A stretch of 64,000 nucleotides of DNA from assembly GCA_043814965.1 (NCBI GenBank), contig JBDRJN010000006.1:71838-135837 (forward strand), given 5' to 3'. Within the stretch, counting starts at the first letter, position 1, and every line of letters starts with the position of its first letter. A model generated the notes under the pieces. It had not been told where the DNA came from. It worked only from the letters and a program-made list of their open reading frames with translations, and made no database searches. Positions 39,165 through 48,413 of the stretch are shown piece after piece. Made by a program: the position numbers and the translations under genes. The DNA comes from Candidatus Omnitrophota bacterium (GTDB lineage: Bacteria; Omnitrophota; Gorgyraeia; Gorgyraeales; Gorgyraeaceae).

Positions 39165-39693
39165 TGCACTTATTTATTCTTTTATATTTATAATATGCGC
39201 TATGTACGGGTGTGGATATACTACTGCCACAGTCCCAAGGGGCGGTATCAAGACTATCCATATAGATATTTTTAAAAACAGTATTGATATAACAAAAGAG
39301 GTCAGCTCAAAGGATAAGTATGAAGTATATAGGCCAGATCTAGAAGTCGATATAAGGGATGCTATAGTGGAAAGAATATTTTTAGACGGCCATTTGAGAG
39401 TCTCCAGAGGTGAAGCCACTGATGCGGTATTGGAAGGGGAAGTAGTAGAATACCGTAAAGACCCTTTGAGATATCAGGATGAGAATGTGACAGAATACAG
39501 GATCAGCTTGGTATGTAATTTTGCATTGAGGAGATCTGGTGATCCCGAGGTATTGTTAGAAGAGACTAATCTTACAGGAGATAGCACGTATTTTACCACA
39601 GGTACTTTGAGTAAGACTGAAGATGAAGCCTTGAAAGACGCTACCAAAGACCTAGCCAGGCGTATTGTCAACAGGATAGTGGAAAACTGGTAA
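39130..39693 (+). CDS. lptE: LptE-like LPS-assembly lipoprotein
   Basis: Lipobox YGCGY; typical lptE-holA synteny. Start codon uncertain. Confidence 0.75.
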   Translation: MQEKGSVRSINNALIYSFIFIICAMYGCGYTTATVPRGGIKTIHIDIFKNSIDITKEVSSKDKYEVYRPDLEVDIRDAIVERIFLDGHLRVSRGEATDAVLEGEVVEYRKDPLRYQDENVTEYRISLVCNFALRRSGDPEVLLEETNLTGDSTYFTTGTLSKTEDEALKDATKDLARRIVNRIVENW

Positions 39694-39705
39694 AAAAGTT
39701 TTATT

Positions 39706-40668
39706 ATGCCCACCAAACAACTTTCCTCGTATCTATTTTTAGGAGAAGAAGATTTTTTAAAAGAAGAGGCCATCAATAATCTTGCCTCGAAGTTTCTTGA
39801 TAAAGGCACAAAAGACCTTAACTGCATGGTATTCCGCGCTAAAGAAAAAGGTTTTGACGCAAAGGAGATGTTCAACTTTTTAAATACCCAGCCATTCTTA
39901 TCAAAGAACAGGTTAGCTGTATTGAAAGACGCGGATTATCTCGATGCACCCACGAAGGAAGAGGTAATTTCTTATTTAAAGAGCCCCAGAGAGAGTTCTG
40001 TATTTGTCATAGAAAGCATATCGGTTTCTATCAAGGGCCCTTTTCTCCTGGAGTTATCCAAGCTGACCAATCTTTTCTATTATAGGAGGCTGAATGATGC
40101 AGAACTTGAGGCCTGGGTCGCAAAAAAGGCGCGTTTTTACAATAAAAAAATAGGCCCTGGAGCTGTCTCTATAATAAAGGATAGCCTTCCGAATGATATG
40201 AGAATACTTTCTTCAAATGTTGATAAACTTGTCTTATATGCGGGAACCAGGCAGTCGATCACAAGAGAAGATGTCATAAAAGTGATAGGCAGAAGCCCCA
40301 GCAGCACTGTTTTTGACCTGATAGACGCAGTAAGAAAAAAAGAGGCTGATAAGGCATTGGATATATTTTCTTCATTTAAGAAAGATAAAAAGAAGGAGAT
40401 AGAGTTTATAGGGCTTTTGGCATGGAATATCAGGATGTTCCTGAGGATACAGGAACTTTTTAAATTAAGGACAAAAAGCGAGATATGTAAAGACCTTGAC
40501 CTAAACCCAAGGGCCTTTGATGTTATGACATCCCAGGCTTCTAGATTTAAAAGTTCCGAACTTTTAAATCTGTTAAAAGAAGTCTTAGCCGCGGATCTTA
40601 AAATAAAGACAGGAAACCGCTCTACATCTTCTATCGAAGAGTTATTGGTAAAGGCCTGTTCTTCTTAG
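39706..40668 (+). CDS. holA: DNA polymerase III delta subunit
   Basis: YLFLGEEDFL, PFLS..RL.V, KL.LY, VFDL.DA, ADLKIKTG. Adjacent to rpsT. Confidence 0.9.
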   Translation: MPTKQLSSYLFLGEEDFLKEEAINNLASKFLDKGTKDLNCMVFRAKEKGFDAKEMFNFLNTQPFLSKNRLAVLKDADYLDAPTKEEVISYLKSPRESSVFVIESISVSIKGPFLLELSKLTNLFYYRRLNDAELEAWVAKKARFYNKKIGPGAVSIIKDSLPNDMRILSSNVDKLVLYAGTRQSITREDVIKVIGRSPSSTVFDLIDAVRKKEADKALDIFSSFKKDKKKEIEFIGLLAWNIRMFLRIQELFKLRTKSEICKDLDLNPRAFDVMTSQASRFKSSELLNLLKEVLAADLKIKTGNRSTSSIEELLVKACSS

Positions 40669-40937
40669 TTCTTTGCCTTAAATGATGAAAGTTTTTTCAT
40701 CAGGCGGGATTTTTTGCGAGAGGCAGTATTTTTGTGTATTACACCCTTGGAACTTGCTTTATCTAGCTCTGATATAAGTAAGTTAAGTTGTTTTTTTGCT
40801 CCATCCAGGCTCTTTGATGAAAGTAGATCAATGAATTTTTTTGTCTCTGTCTTTAAACGTGAGTCTACGGACTGATTTCTTAAGGTCCTTCTTTTTGTTA
40901 CTTTCATGCTTTTTAAAGCTGACTTTAATATAGGCAT
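40665..40937 (-). CDS. rpsT: 30S ribosomal protein S20
   Basis: MPILKSALK...RN...LDKA..KGVIHKNTASRKKSRL. Confidence 0.96.
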   Translation of the reverse strand: MPILKSALKSMKVTKRRTLRNQSVDSRLKTETKKFIDLLSSKSLDGAKKQLNLLISELDKASSKGVIHKNTASRKKSRLMKKLSSFKAKN

Positions 40938-40982
40938 ATATTACTCCTTTTAGTAGTTGTAAGATAACATAGTACATAGATT

Positions 40983-42512
40983 ATGTCAAGAGGTAAAAAT
41001 AAACACATATTGAAATCCGCGAGTATAATAGGCTTTGCCACTATTGTAAGCAGGCTTTTGGGTTTTTTAAGGGATATATTGATAGCAAGTTTTTTTGGTA
41101 CTGCCAGTTATGCCCAGGCCTTTGTCGTAGCTTTCCGTATACCTAATATGCTCAGGGACCTTGTGGGCGAAGGGGCTACCAACGCTGCCTTCGTGCCAGT
41201 ACTAAGTGAATATTCTGAGACAAAGGACAGATCCGACTATTGGAAGCTTGCGAATGTACTTTTATGCGTGCTTTTGATAGCACTTTCCTTGATAACTGTT
41301 CTTGGTATGATTTTTTCTCCTGTCATAGTACGCTTGATAGCCCCTGGATTTTTAAGAGAACCCGAGACCTTTAAGATAACAGTATATCTGACAAGGCTTA
41401 TGTTCCCATATGTGCTTTTAGTGGGCCTACTGGCTTATAGTATGGGTGTCCTGAACTCTTTGAGGCATTTTTCAGCCCCTGCTTTTGCTTCTAGCGTATT
41501 AAACCTTTCTATTATAGTATGCGCTTTGTTAAAAAAGGGTAATGTAGCCGCGCTTGCGATAGGAGTTTTGATAGGAGGCATAATCCAGCTGGCAATGCAA
41601 TTGCCTGTATTGTTTTCAAAAGGCTTTTCCTTCGATCCTAGGGCAGGATTGCATCACCCTGCAGTTAAAAAGATAGGCAGGTTATTGCTTCCCAGGATAT
41701 TGGGCTCGTGCGTATATCAGATAAATATTTTTATAAATACTATGCTCGCGAGCTTATCTCATATAGTAGGCCAGGGAGGCGTCGCAGCTTTATACTATGC
41801 AAACAGGATCTTTCAATTTCCGCTGGCTATATTCGGTATCGCGATAGCCCAGGCAGCCTTGCCTACTATGTCCAGAGAAGCGCTGGAAGGTGACCTAAGT
41901 AAATTAAAAGAGACCCTTTCTTTTTCATTGAGATCTATCAATCTTATCATGATACCGTCTTCAGTAGGGCTTATGATCTTATCAAGGCCTATAACAAGGA
42001 TATTGTTTGAAAGAGGCATGTTCGATAGTTACTCAACTTCTATTACTGCGAGCGCATTGATGTTTTATTCTATAGGGCTTTTTAGTTATTCAGGCATCAA
42101 GATATTGGTATCTTGTTTTTATTCTTTAAAAGATACAGCTACTCCTGTAAAGATAGCAAGCATATCCCTATTGATCAATATACTGCTGAATTTTATCTTT
42201 ATGTTTTCGATGAAGATAAGCGGATTGGCATTTGCCACGTCCTGCTCGGGGATATTCAATTTCTTCGCGCTTTTTTATTTATTGAGAAAAAAGATCGGCA
42301 ATCTTGATGGGTATAAAATCTTGGTCTCTTTTATCAAGATATCCATGGCTAGTATCGTAATGGCATTTTTTATTTACCTATTTTACTATAAAATAAACCT
42401 TGATCTCTTCATCGTGATCTTCGTAGGTATGGCCTCTTATTTAGCCAGTATATTTTTATTTGACCTAAGAGAGGCAAAAGATTTTACAAAATGGCTCTTA
42501 AAGAAAAAATAG
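40983..42512 (+). CDS. murJ: Lipid II flippase MurJ
   Basis: SRLLGFLRD, AFRIPN..R.L.GEGA, LYYANRIFQFP. Confidence 0.96.
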   Translation: MSRGKNKHILKSASIIGFATIVSRLLGFLRDILIASFFGTASYAQAFVVAFRIPNMLRDLVGEGATNAAFVPVLSEYSETKDRSDYWKLANVLLCVLLIALSLITVLGMIFSPVIVRLIAPGFLREPETFKITVYLTRLMFPYVLLVGLLAYSMGVLNSLRHFSAPAFASSVLNLSIIVCALLKKGNVAALAIGVLIGGIIQLAMQLPVLFSKGFSFDPRAGLHHPAVKKIGRLLLPRILGSCVYQINIFINTMLASLSHIVGQGGVAALYYANRIFQFPLAIFGIAIAQAALPTMSREALEGDLSKLKETLSFSLRSINLIMIPSSVGLMILSRPITRILFERGMFDSYSTSITASALMFYSIGLFSYSGIKILVSCFYSLKDTATPVKIASISLLINILLNFIFMFSMKISGLAFATSCSGIFNFFALFYLLRKKIGNLDGYKILVSFIKISMASIVMAFFIYLFYYKINLDLFIVIFVGMASYLASIFLFDLREAKDFTKWLLKKK

Positions 42513-43735
42513 CTTCTGTCCCGAGGTCCCCTGGCGTGTATCTGATGAAAGATGCCAAAGGGGATATCCTTTATATAGGCAAGGCAAAGGACCTATCAAA
42601 AAGAGTAGGAAGTTATTTCCAGGGATCAAGGCCGAAGAATATAAGGTTGATGACATTACTGGAAAAGATATGCGACCTGGATTATATAGTCACTACTTCC
42701 GAAGAAGAAGCGCTCCTTTATGAAGCAAACCTTATAAAAGAGAACAAGCCAAAATACAACATAGAGCTTAAAGATGATAAAAGCTTCCCTTTCTTAAAGT
42801 TGACCATCAATGAGAGATTCCCTAGATTGAGCATTACTAGAAAAAAGATCGATGATGGAGCTAAATATTTTGGGCCTTATACCAGAGTAAAGCTTCTAAG
42901 GAACGCATTGTCTATATTGAAAAGTATATTTCCACTAAGGACCTGTAAAAAGATGCCAAAACGCGTATGCCTATCCTATCATATAGGCCAGTGCCTTGGC
43001 CCTTGCGTGGACAAGATAAATAAGGATGGCTATAGGGAGATAGTTGGCCAGCTTATACTCTTTTTGGAGGGGAAGAAACCAAGGCTTATGAGAGAGTTGA
43101 CAGAAAAAATGAATAGACTTTCCAGGGAGAAGAGATTCGAGGAGGCTACTGTGATCCGAAACAGGATCTCTGCTCTTTCAGAAGTGCCTGGAAAGAGGCT
43201 CAGGGAAAAAAGCAGTTGGGGCGATGTATCTATTAAGCTAAAGAAACTTATCAAGCTTCCCAGGCTTCCTATAAAGATCGAGGCTTTTGACGTATCCAAC
43301 ATACAGGGAAAAGATCCTACAGGCTCTATGGTGTATTTTTATAATGGCAGGCCGGATAAATCTAATTACAGGAGATTCAGGATAAAGGGTGTGACCTGTG
43401 TCGATGACTATAGTATGATAAGAGAGATCGTGAGGCGTAGATATACCAGGCTGAAAGATGAAAAACGGGATCTGCCTGACCTTGTGATCATAGATGGCGG
43501 AAAAGGACACTTAAAAGCTGGCTATGAAGAACTCTTAAGGCTTAATCTTACCCGTATACCTATCATAGCTATCGCAAAGAAAGAAGAGAAGATCTATACC
43601 CTGAACTCAAAGATACCTCTCGATATCAACAGGGATTCTCAGGTCCTTTATTTTATACAGGAGATCAGGGACGAGGCACACAGGTTCGCGATAAAGTATC
43701 ACCATTCTCTCAGGAAGAAGAGCTCAGGTATATAA
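42491..43735 (+). CDS. uvrC: Excinuclease ABC subunit C (short form)
   Basis: GIY-YIG (PGVYLM...YIGKA), Cys cluster, UVR, IEAFDVSN, IDGGKG, RDEAHRFA. No C-terminal HhH. Confidence 0.9.
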   Translation: MALKEKIASVPRSPGVYLMKDAKGDILYIGKAKDLSKRVGSYFQGSRPKNIRLMTLLEKICDLDYIVTTSEEEALLYEANLIKENKPKYNIELKDDKSFPFLKLTINERFPRLSITRKKIDDGAKYFGPYTRVKLLRNALSILKSIFPLRTCKKMPKRVCLSYHIGQCLGPCVDKINKDGYREIVGQLILFLEGKKPRLMRELTEKMNRLSREKRFEEATVIRNRISALSEVPGKRLREKSSWGDVSIKLKKLIKLPRLPIKIEAFDVSNIQGKDPTGSMVYFYNGRPDKSNYRRFRIKGVTCVDDYSMIREIVRRRYTRLKDEKRDLPDLVIIDGGKGHLKAGYEELLRLNLTRIPIIAIAKKEEKIYTLNSKIPLDINRDSQVLYFIQEIRDEAHRFAIKYHHSLRKKSSGI

Positions 43736-43740
43736 TACTT

Positions 43741-43949
43741 ACTAGCTTTGACAAGCCTAAAAAAAGTGTCGTCGGTTTTAAGCAGGCCCCGTACCAAATT
43801 TATTATACCTATGCAACTGGTATAAATTTTGATGTGGGGCAGGCGCGGCGTCTTTTCGCTAGCGAAAAGAAGAGCGGGAACCAGCACCGAGTGAAGAAGA
43901 GCTTCGATGGGACAATCAAGCGTCTTTTCGTAGGCTTACCAAAGCTGGT
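43741..43949. mobile_element. MITE-like element with imperfect terminal IRs and internal hairpins
   Basis: ACTAGCTTTGACAAGCCTA vs TAGGCTTACCAAAGCTGGT (16/19). Internal GCCCC..CAAATTTTATTATACC/GGTATAAATTTTG..GGGGC and TCTTTTCGCTAGCGAAAAGA palindromes. Confidence 0.55.
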
Positions 43950-43983
43950 TATAAAATGCATTATTTAATTTCAGAATAAACTT

Positions 43984-44307
43984 ATGAAAGCATTGACTTT
44001 GTTCGAGAAAAAGGTATATACTGTTGTAAAAACAATACCCCGAGGCGAGGTTAGGAGCTATAGATGGGTAGCTGAGATGATCGGTAACCCGAATGCTGTG
44101 AGAGCTGTTGGGAGCGCGCTTAATAAGAACCCGTTTCCATTGATAGTACCTTGTCATAGAGTGATGCATTCGGATGGCTGCTTAGGAGGATATGTGTTTG
44201 GAAAGAGTCTAAAGAAAAGGCTCCTTGAGATAGAAAAAGTTTGCGTAAAAGGCGGTGGCAGAGGTCATGCTGGAAGAAATAAAATTAAAACTAGAGGCCC
44301 TAGGTAA
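43984..44307 (+). CDS. ogt: Methylated-DNA--protein-cysteine methyltransferase (single domain)
   Basis: IPRGEVRSY, RAVGSAL..NP, PCHRV active site. Confidence 0.9.
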   Translation: MKALTLFEKKVYTVVKTIPRGEVRSYRWVAEMIGNPNAVRAVGSALNKNPFPLIVPCHRVMHSDGCLGGYVFGKSLKKRLLEIEKVCVKGGGRGHAGRNKIKTRGPR

Positions 44308-45373
44308 AAAACTTCAGGAGCTAAGGGCCTATCTAGCTATAGATAAGAACGAAGAGGAGCAAAGAGGCCTCGAAGAAAAGATGTCTGAAACCGGGTTTTG
44401 GGACAACCAGGAAAAGGCACAGATAGTCATAAAGAAATTAAAACACACAAAGGCTGTTACTACGCCATATTTTGAATGTATAAAGGAATTTGACGATATA
44501 AATGAACTGCTTATTATTATCGACGGGGATGATGAGCTTTCAGCAAAAGAATTAAAAGCGTCACTGCTCAAGCTGGAAAAAGACGTTGATTCTCTGGAGT
44601 TTAAAAGCCTTATGAATGGAAAGCTGGATAGGAATGATGCGATAATCAGTTTACATGCTGGAGCGGGCGGGACCGAGTCTTGTGATTGGACAAGTATGCT
44701 TTTAAGGATGTATTCGATGTGGGCGGAAAAGAATGGGTATAAGACGGAAATAATAGATGCATTGGCTGGGGAAGAGGCTGGAGTGAAAAGTGTTGTAATG
44801 ATAGTGGAAGGGCCTTATGCGTATGGATATCTTAGATCGGAAAGGGGAGTCCATAGATTGGTAAGGATATCTCCTTTTGATTCAAATAAGAGAAGGCATA
44901 CTTCTTTTGCATCTCTGGATGTGATAGCAGAGGTCGAGGATGATATAGATATTGATATAAAAGAGACAGAGCTTCGTATCGATACGTATCGATCAAGCGG
45001 AGCTGGCGGCCAGCATGTCAATGTCACGGATTCAGCTGTCAGGATAACGCATTTACCTACAGGTATAGTCGTGCAGTGTCAAAATGAAAGAAGCCAGCAT
45101 AAAAATAAGGCTACGGCATTAAAAGTACTAAAGGCCAAATTATACGAAGCAAGATTAGAAGAAAAGAAGAAAGAGATGGAAAAAGAATATTCGGAGAAAA
45201 AAAAGATAGAATGGGGCAGTCAGATAAGGTCGTATGTCATGCACCCTTATTCTATGGTAAAGGACCATAGGACCGGATATGAGACCTCAAATGTCGGGCT
45301 GATCATGGATGGCGGCATAGATAAGTTCATAGAAGAATTTTTAAAATGGAATGCGAAAAATAGTAATCAGTAG
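44267..45373 (+). CDS. prfB: Peptide chain release factor 2 (no programmed frameshift)
   Basis: GAGGTESCDW, HRLVRISPFD (SPF), GAGGQHVN, WGSQIRSY. ATG 44267 with RBS GAGGT. Confidence 0.97.
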   Translation: MLEEIKLKLEALGKKLQELRAYLAIDKNEEEQRGLEEKMSETGFWDNQEKAQIVIKKLKHTKAVTTPYFECIKEFDDINELLIIIDGDDELSAKELKASLLKLEKDVDSLEFKSLMNGKLDRNDAIISLHAGAGGTESCDWTSMLLRMYSMWAEKNGYKTEIIDALAGEEAGVKSVVMIVEGPYAYGYLRSERGVHRLVRISPFDSNKRRHTSFASLDVIAEVEDDIDIDIKETELRIDTYRSSGAGGQHVNVTDSAVRITHLPTGIVVQCQNERSQHKNKATALKVLKAKLYEARLEEKKKEMEKEYSEKKKIEWGSQIRSYVMHPYSMVKDHRTGYETSNVGLIMDGGIDKFIEEFLKWNAKNSNQ

Positions 45374-45430
45374 ACAGTAATCAGGAATGAAAAAAATCCT
45401 GGCTACCGATCATGGGTTACTGATACCTAG
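45361..45430. repeat. Inverted heptamer arrays at the prfB-secA junction
   Basis: TAGTAAT CAGTAGA CAGTAAT CAGGAAT, then CTGGCTA CCGATCA TGGGTTA CTGATAC. Confidence 0.6.
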
Positions 45431-45434
45431 AATT

Positions 45435-48236
45435 ATGTCTAATTGGATATTAAATAAGATCATCGGAACACAGAACCAGAGAGAACTCAAGAAGCTGCAG
45501 ACTGTAGTGGATAGGATAAGCTCTTTGGAACTCAAGATCAGTAAATTGACTGACCATGAACTTCGTCAGAAGACAGATGTTTTCAGAAAACGCCTGTCGG
45601 ACGGAGAGGTCTTGGATGATATATTGCCAGAGGCATTCAGCGTTGTAAGAGAGGTAAGTAAACGTACTGTAAAGATGAGGCATTTCGATGTTCAGCTTAT
45701 AGGCGGTATAATTTTGCATAAAGGCAAGATCGCTGAGATGGTGACAGGCGAAGGAAAGACGCTTGTCGCTACGTTACCAGCTTATCTGAATGCATTGAGT
45801 GGAAAGGGGGTCCATATAGTGACTGTCAATGACTATCTGGCAAGGCGCGACAGGGACTGGATGGGGCCTATCTATGAATCCCTGGGACTTACAGTCGGCG
45901 TTATACAGCACGACATGACTCCTGAAGCCAGGAGAAATTCGTACGGAAGCGATATCACTTATGGGACTAATAATGAGTTTGGATTTGACTACCTGAGAGA
46001 CAATATGGTGGTAAATGTAAATCATATGGTCCAGAGGGCCTTGAACTATGCTATAGTTGACGAAGTCGATAGTATACTCATAGACGAAGCGCGTACGCCT
46101 CTCATCATATCAGGCCCTTCCGAAGAATCCACGGATAAATATTATGTATGCAATAAGATCCCTCCCAGGCTTCAGGGCAGGGTCATCTTGGAAAAAGATG
46201 AGATCGATGCGAAGTTCAAGGGTATTGATTTATCTATTGGCTATGATTATATAATCGATGAAAAAGCGCATACCGCGCATCTTACAGAACAGGGTGAACT
46301 AAAAGCAGCTGAGATCCTGGGGATAGACAACCTCCATGATATAACTACCATGGAATACCGCCATCATGTCATCCAGGCGCTCAAGGCGCATAATCTTTTT
46401 GAAAAAGATGTCGATTATGTTGTGAAAGACGGTGAAGTATTGATCGTGGATGAATTTACAGGTAGGCTTATGCCAGGCAGAAGATGGTCGGACGGCCTTC
46501 ACCAGGCTGTAGAGGCAAAAGAGAACCTGAAGATAGAAAGAGAGAATCAGACGCTTGCCACTATTACTTTTCAGAATTATTTTAGGATGTATAAAAAAAT
46601 AAGCGGTATGACCGGCACTGCCATGACTGAGGCCCAGGAGTTTAGCCACATCTATAAGCTGGACGTCGTATCTATACCGACAAATAAACCATTGATAAGG
46701 GCAAATTATCCGGACATCATATATAAGACAGAGAAGGAAAAATTCAATGCAGTATGCAATGAAATAGAGGACTGTTATAAAAAAGGCAGGCCGATCTTAG
46801 TAGGTACCATCTCTATTGAAAAATCCGAGCACTTAGGCGGTTTATTGAGAAAAAGAGGTGTTCCTCATAATGTACTGAATGCCAAATACCATGAGATGGA
46901 AGCGACTATCGTAGCTCAGGCTGGAAGGAAAGGCGCGGTTACAATAGCTACGAACATGGCTGGTAGAGGTACAGATATAGTCTTGGGAGGGAATCCTGAG
47001 CTTATGGTCAATGATTGGCTGAAGGCGAAAGGGCTGGGCCCAAAGAATGTAACTAAAGAAGAAGTAGAAGGCCTTACCAGAGAAGCGAACGAGTTGGTGG
47101 ATAGGGAGCACAAAGAGGTTGTAGAGGTTGAGGGCCTGCATGTGATTGGTACAGAACGTCATGAGTCAAGGCGAATAGATAATCAGCTGAGAGGCCGTTC
47201 CGGCAGGCAGGGAGATCCAGGTTCGTCCAGGTTTTATATATCACTTGAGGACGACCTTATGAGGCTTTTTGGCTCAGGCAGGATAGTCTCTATATATGAT
47301 AAATTAGGAATAGAGGAAGGACAAGATATACAACATCCTCTGGTGACGAGGGCGATAGAGATCGCGCAGAAAAGAGTAGAACAGCACAATTTTGATATCC
47401 GTAAACATGTCCTTGAGTACGATAATGTGATGAACAAGCAGAGAGAGGTCATATACGAAGAGAGAAAAAAGATATTATTGGATGATGATATAAAGTCCCA
47501 TATCTATGAGATCATAGACGAGCTCATAGAGAATGCAATGGCCCTGTATTTAAATAAGGAATCGCATAAGGCTGACTGGAAATACCAGGAGTTCAATGAA
47601 TGGTTTTGGTCAAAATTCAATATTCGGCTGAACGGCTTCGAAGACACAGTAGAAGGGAAGAACGAAGAAGAGATATTGAGCTTTCTTTCAGATATGGTAA
47701 GGAATAGTTATGAAGAAAAAGAAAAGAAGATGCTGCCGGAATTTTTAAGGCATATAGAGAAGATGATAATGCTGCAAGTCATCGATTCAAAATGGAAGGA
47801 TCATTTACACGCGATGGATAATCTAAGAGAAGGGATAGGGCTTAGGGCATATGGACAGCGCGATCCATTGGTCGAGTATCAGCATGAAGGCTACAATATG
47901 TTCCGTTCGATGATAGATTCAATAAAGGACGAGACAATAGAATTTTTATTTAAGGTCCAGATAGCACAAGAAACCTCACAGGTAAAAAGTGTGTTTCAAT
48001 CTCTTCCAAAACAATTTCTGCATACAGAGGCTACCCCTATGTCAAAGATGCCTAGCCCTCAAGATGAAGGCTTTGGATCAGAAGAAGATATAGTTCCAGA
48101 GCAGGGCCAGGTAAAAAGTACACATAGCCTGCATAAGAGAGAAGAACCTAAGGTAGGCAGGAATGACCCTTGCCCATGCGGAGCAGTTGATAAAGACGGC
48201 AGGCCTATTAAGTATAAAAAATGCTGCGGGAAATAA
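45435..48236 (+). CDS. secA: Preprotein translocase subunit SecA
   Basis: TGEGKTL, VTVNDYLA, DEVDS, ATNMAGRGTDI, RIDNQLRGRSGRQGDPG and SEC-C. ATG 45435 preferred because the upstream 16 codons are repeat-derived. Confidence 0.98.
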   Translation: MSNWILNKIIGTQNQRELKKLQTVVDRISSLELKISKLTDHELRQKTDVFRKRLSDGEVLDDILPEAFSVVREVSKRTVKMRHFDVQLIGGIILHKGKIAEMVTGEGKTLVATLPAYLNALSGKGVHIVTVNDYLARRDRDWMGPIYESLGLTVGVIQHDMTPEARRNSYGSDITYGTNNEFGFDYLRDNMVVNVNHMVQRALNYAIVDEVDSILIDEARTPLIISGPSEESTDKYYVCNKIPPRLQGRVILEKDEIDAKFKGIDLSIGYDYIIDEKAHTAHLTEQGELKAAEILGIDNLHDITTMEYRHHVIQALKAHNLFEKDVDYVVKDGEVLIVDEFTGRLMPGRRWSDGLHQAVEAKENLKIERENQTLATITFQNYFRMYKKISGMTGTAMTEAQEFSHIYKLDVVSIPTNKPLIRANYPDIIYKTEKEKFNAVCNEIEDCYKKGRPILVGTISIEKSEHLGGLLRKRGVPHNVLNAKYHEMEATIVAQAGRKGAVTIATNMAGRGTDIVLGGNPELMVNDWLKAKGLGPKNVTKEEVEGLTREANELVDREHKEVVEVEGLHVIGTERHESRRIDNQLRGRSGRQGDPGSSRFYISLEDDLMRLFGSGRIVSIYDKLGIEEGQDIQHPLVTRAIEIAQKRVEQHNFDIRKHVLEYDNVMNKQREVIYEERKKILLDDDIKSHIYEIIDELIENAMALYLNKESHKADWKYQEFNEWFWSKFNIRLNGFEDTVEGKNEEEILSFLSDMVRNSYEEKEKKMLPEFLRHIEKMIMLQVIDSKWKDHLHAMDNLREGIGLRAYGQRDPLVEYQHEGYNMFRSMIDSIKDETIEFLFKVQIAQETSQVKSVFQSLPKQFLHTEATPMSKMPSPQDEGFGSEEDIVPEQGQVKSTHSLHKREEPKVGRNDPCPCGAVDKDGRPIKYKKCCGK

Positions 48237-48248
48237 AGTCGCATTTTA

Positions 48249-48410
48249 AAGTAGTGGTGAGGCTCTGAAAAAAGCCTTTTTTGTTTTGCGTAATAGAATC
48301 TTAACACATTACAATTTAGTTAGCCTGTCAAAACAAAACGGAGCGAAGCCCACCTCTACAAATAACCAACTCTAGGCTGAGCGTCTTTTTGAAGAGCCTC
48401 ACCACTACTT
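48249..48410. mobile_element. MITE-like element with perfect 18-bp terminal IRs
   Basis: AAGTAGTGGTGAGGCTCT (48249-48266) / AGAGCCTCACCACTACTT (48393-48410). No ORF. Confidence 0.7.
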
Positions 48411-48413
48411 AGT

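Noticed and set aside
45387-45434. N-terminal extension of SecA (MKKILATDHGLLIPRI)
   Set aside because: Encoded by the heptamer repeat region. ATG 45435 gives a typical SecA start.
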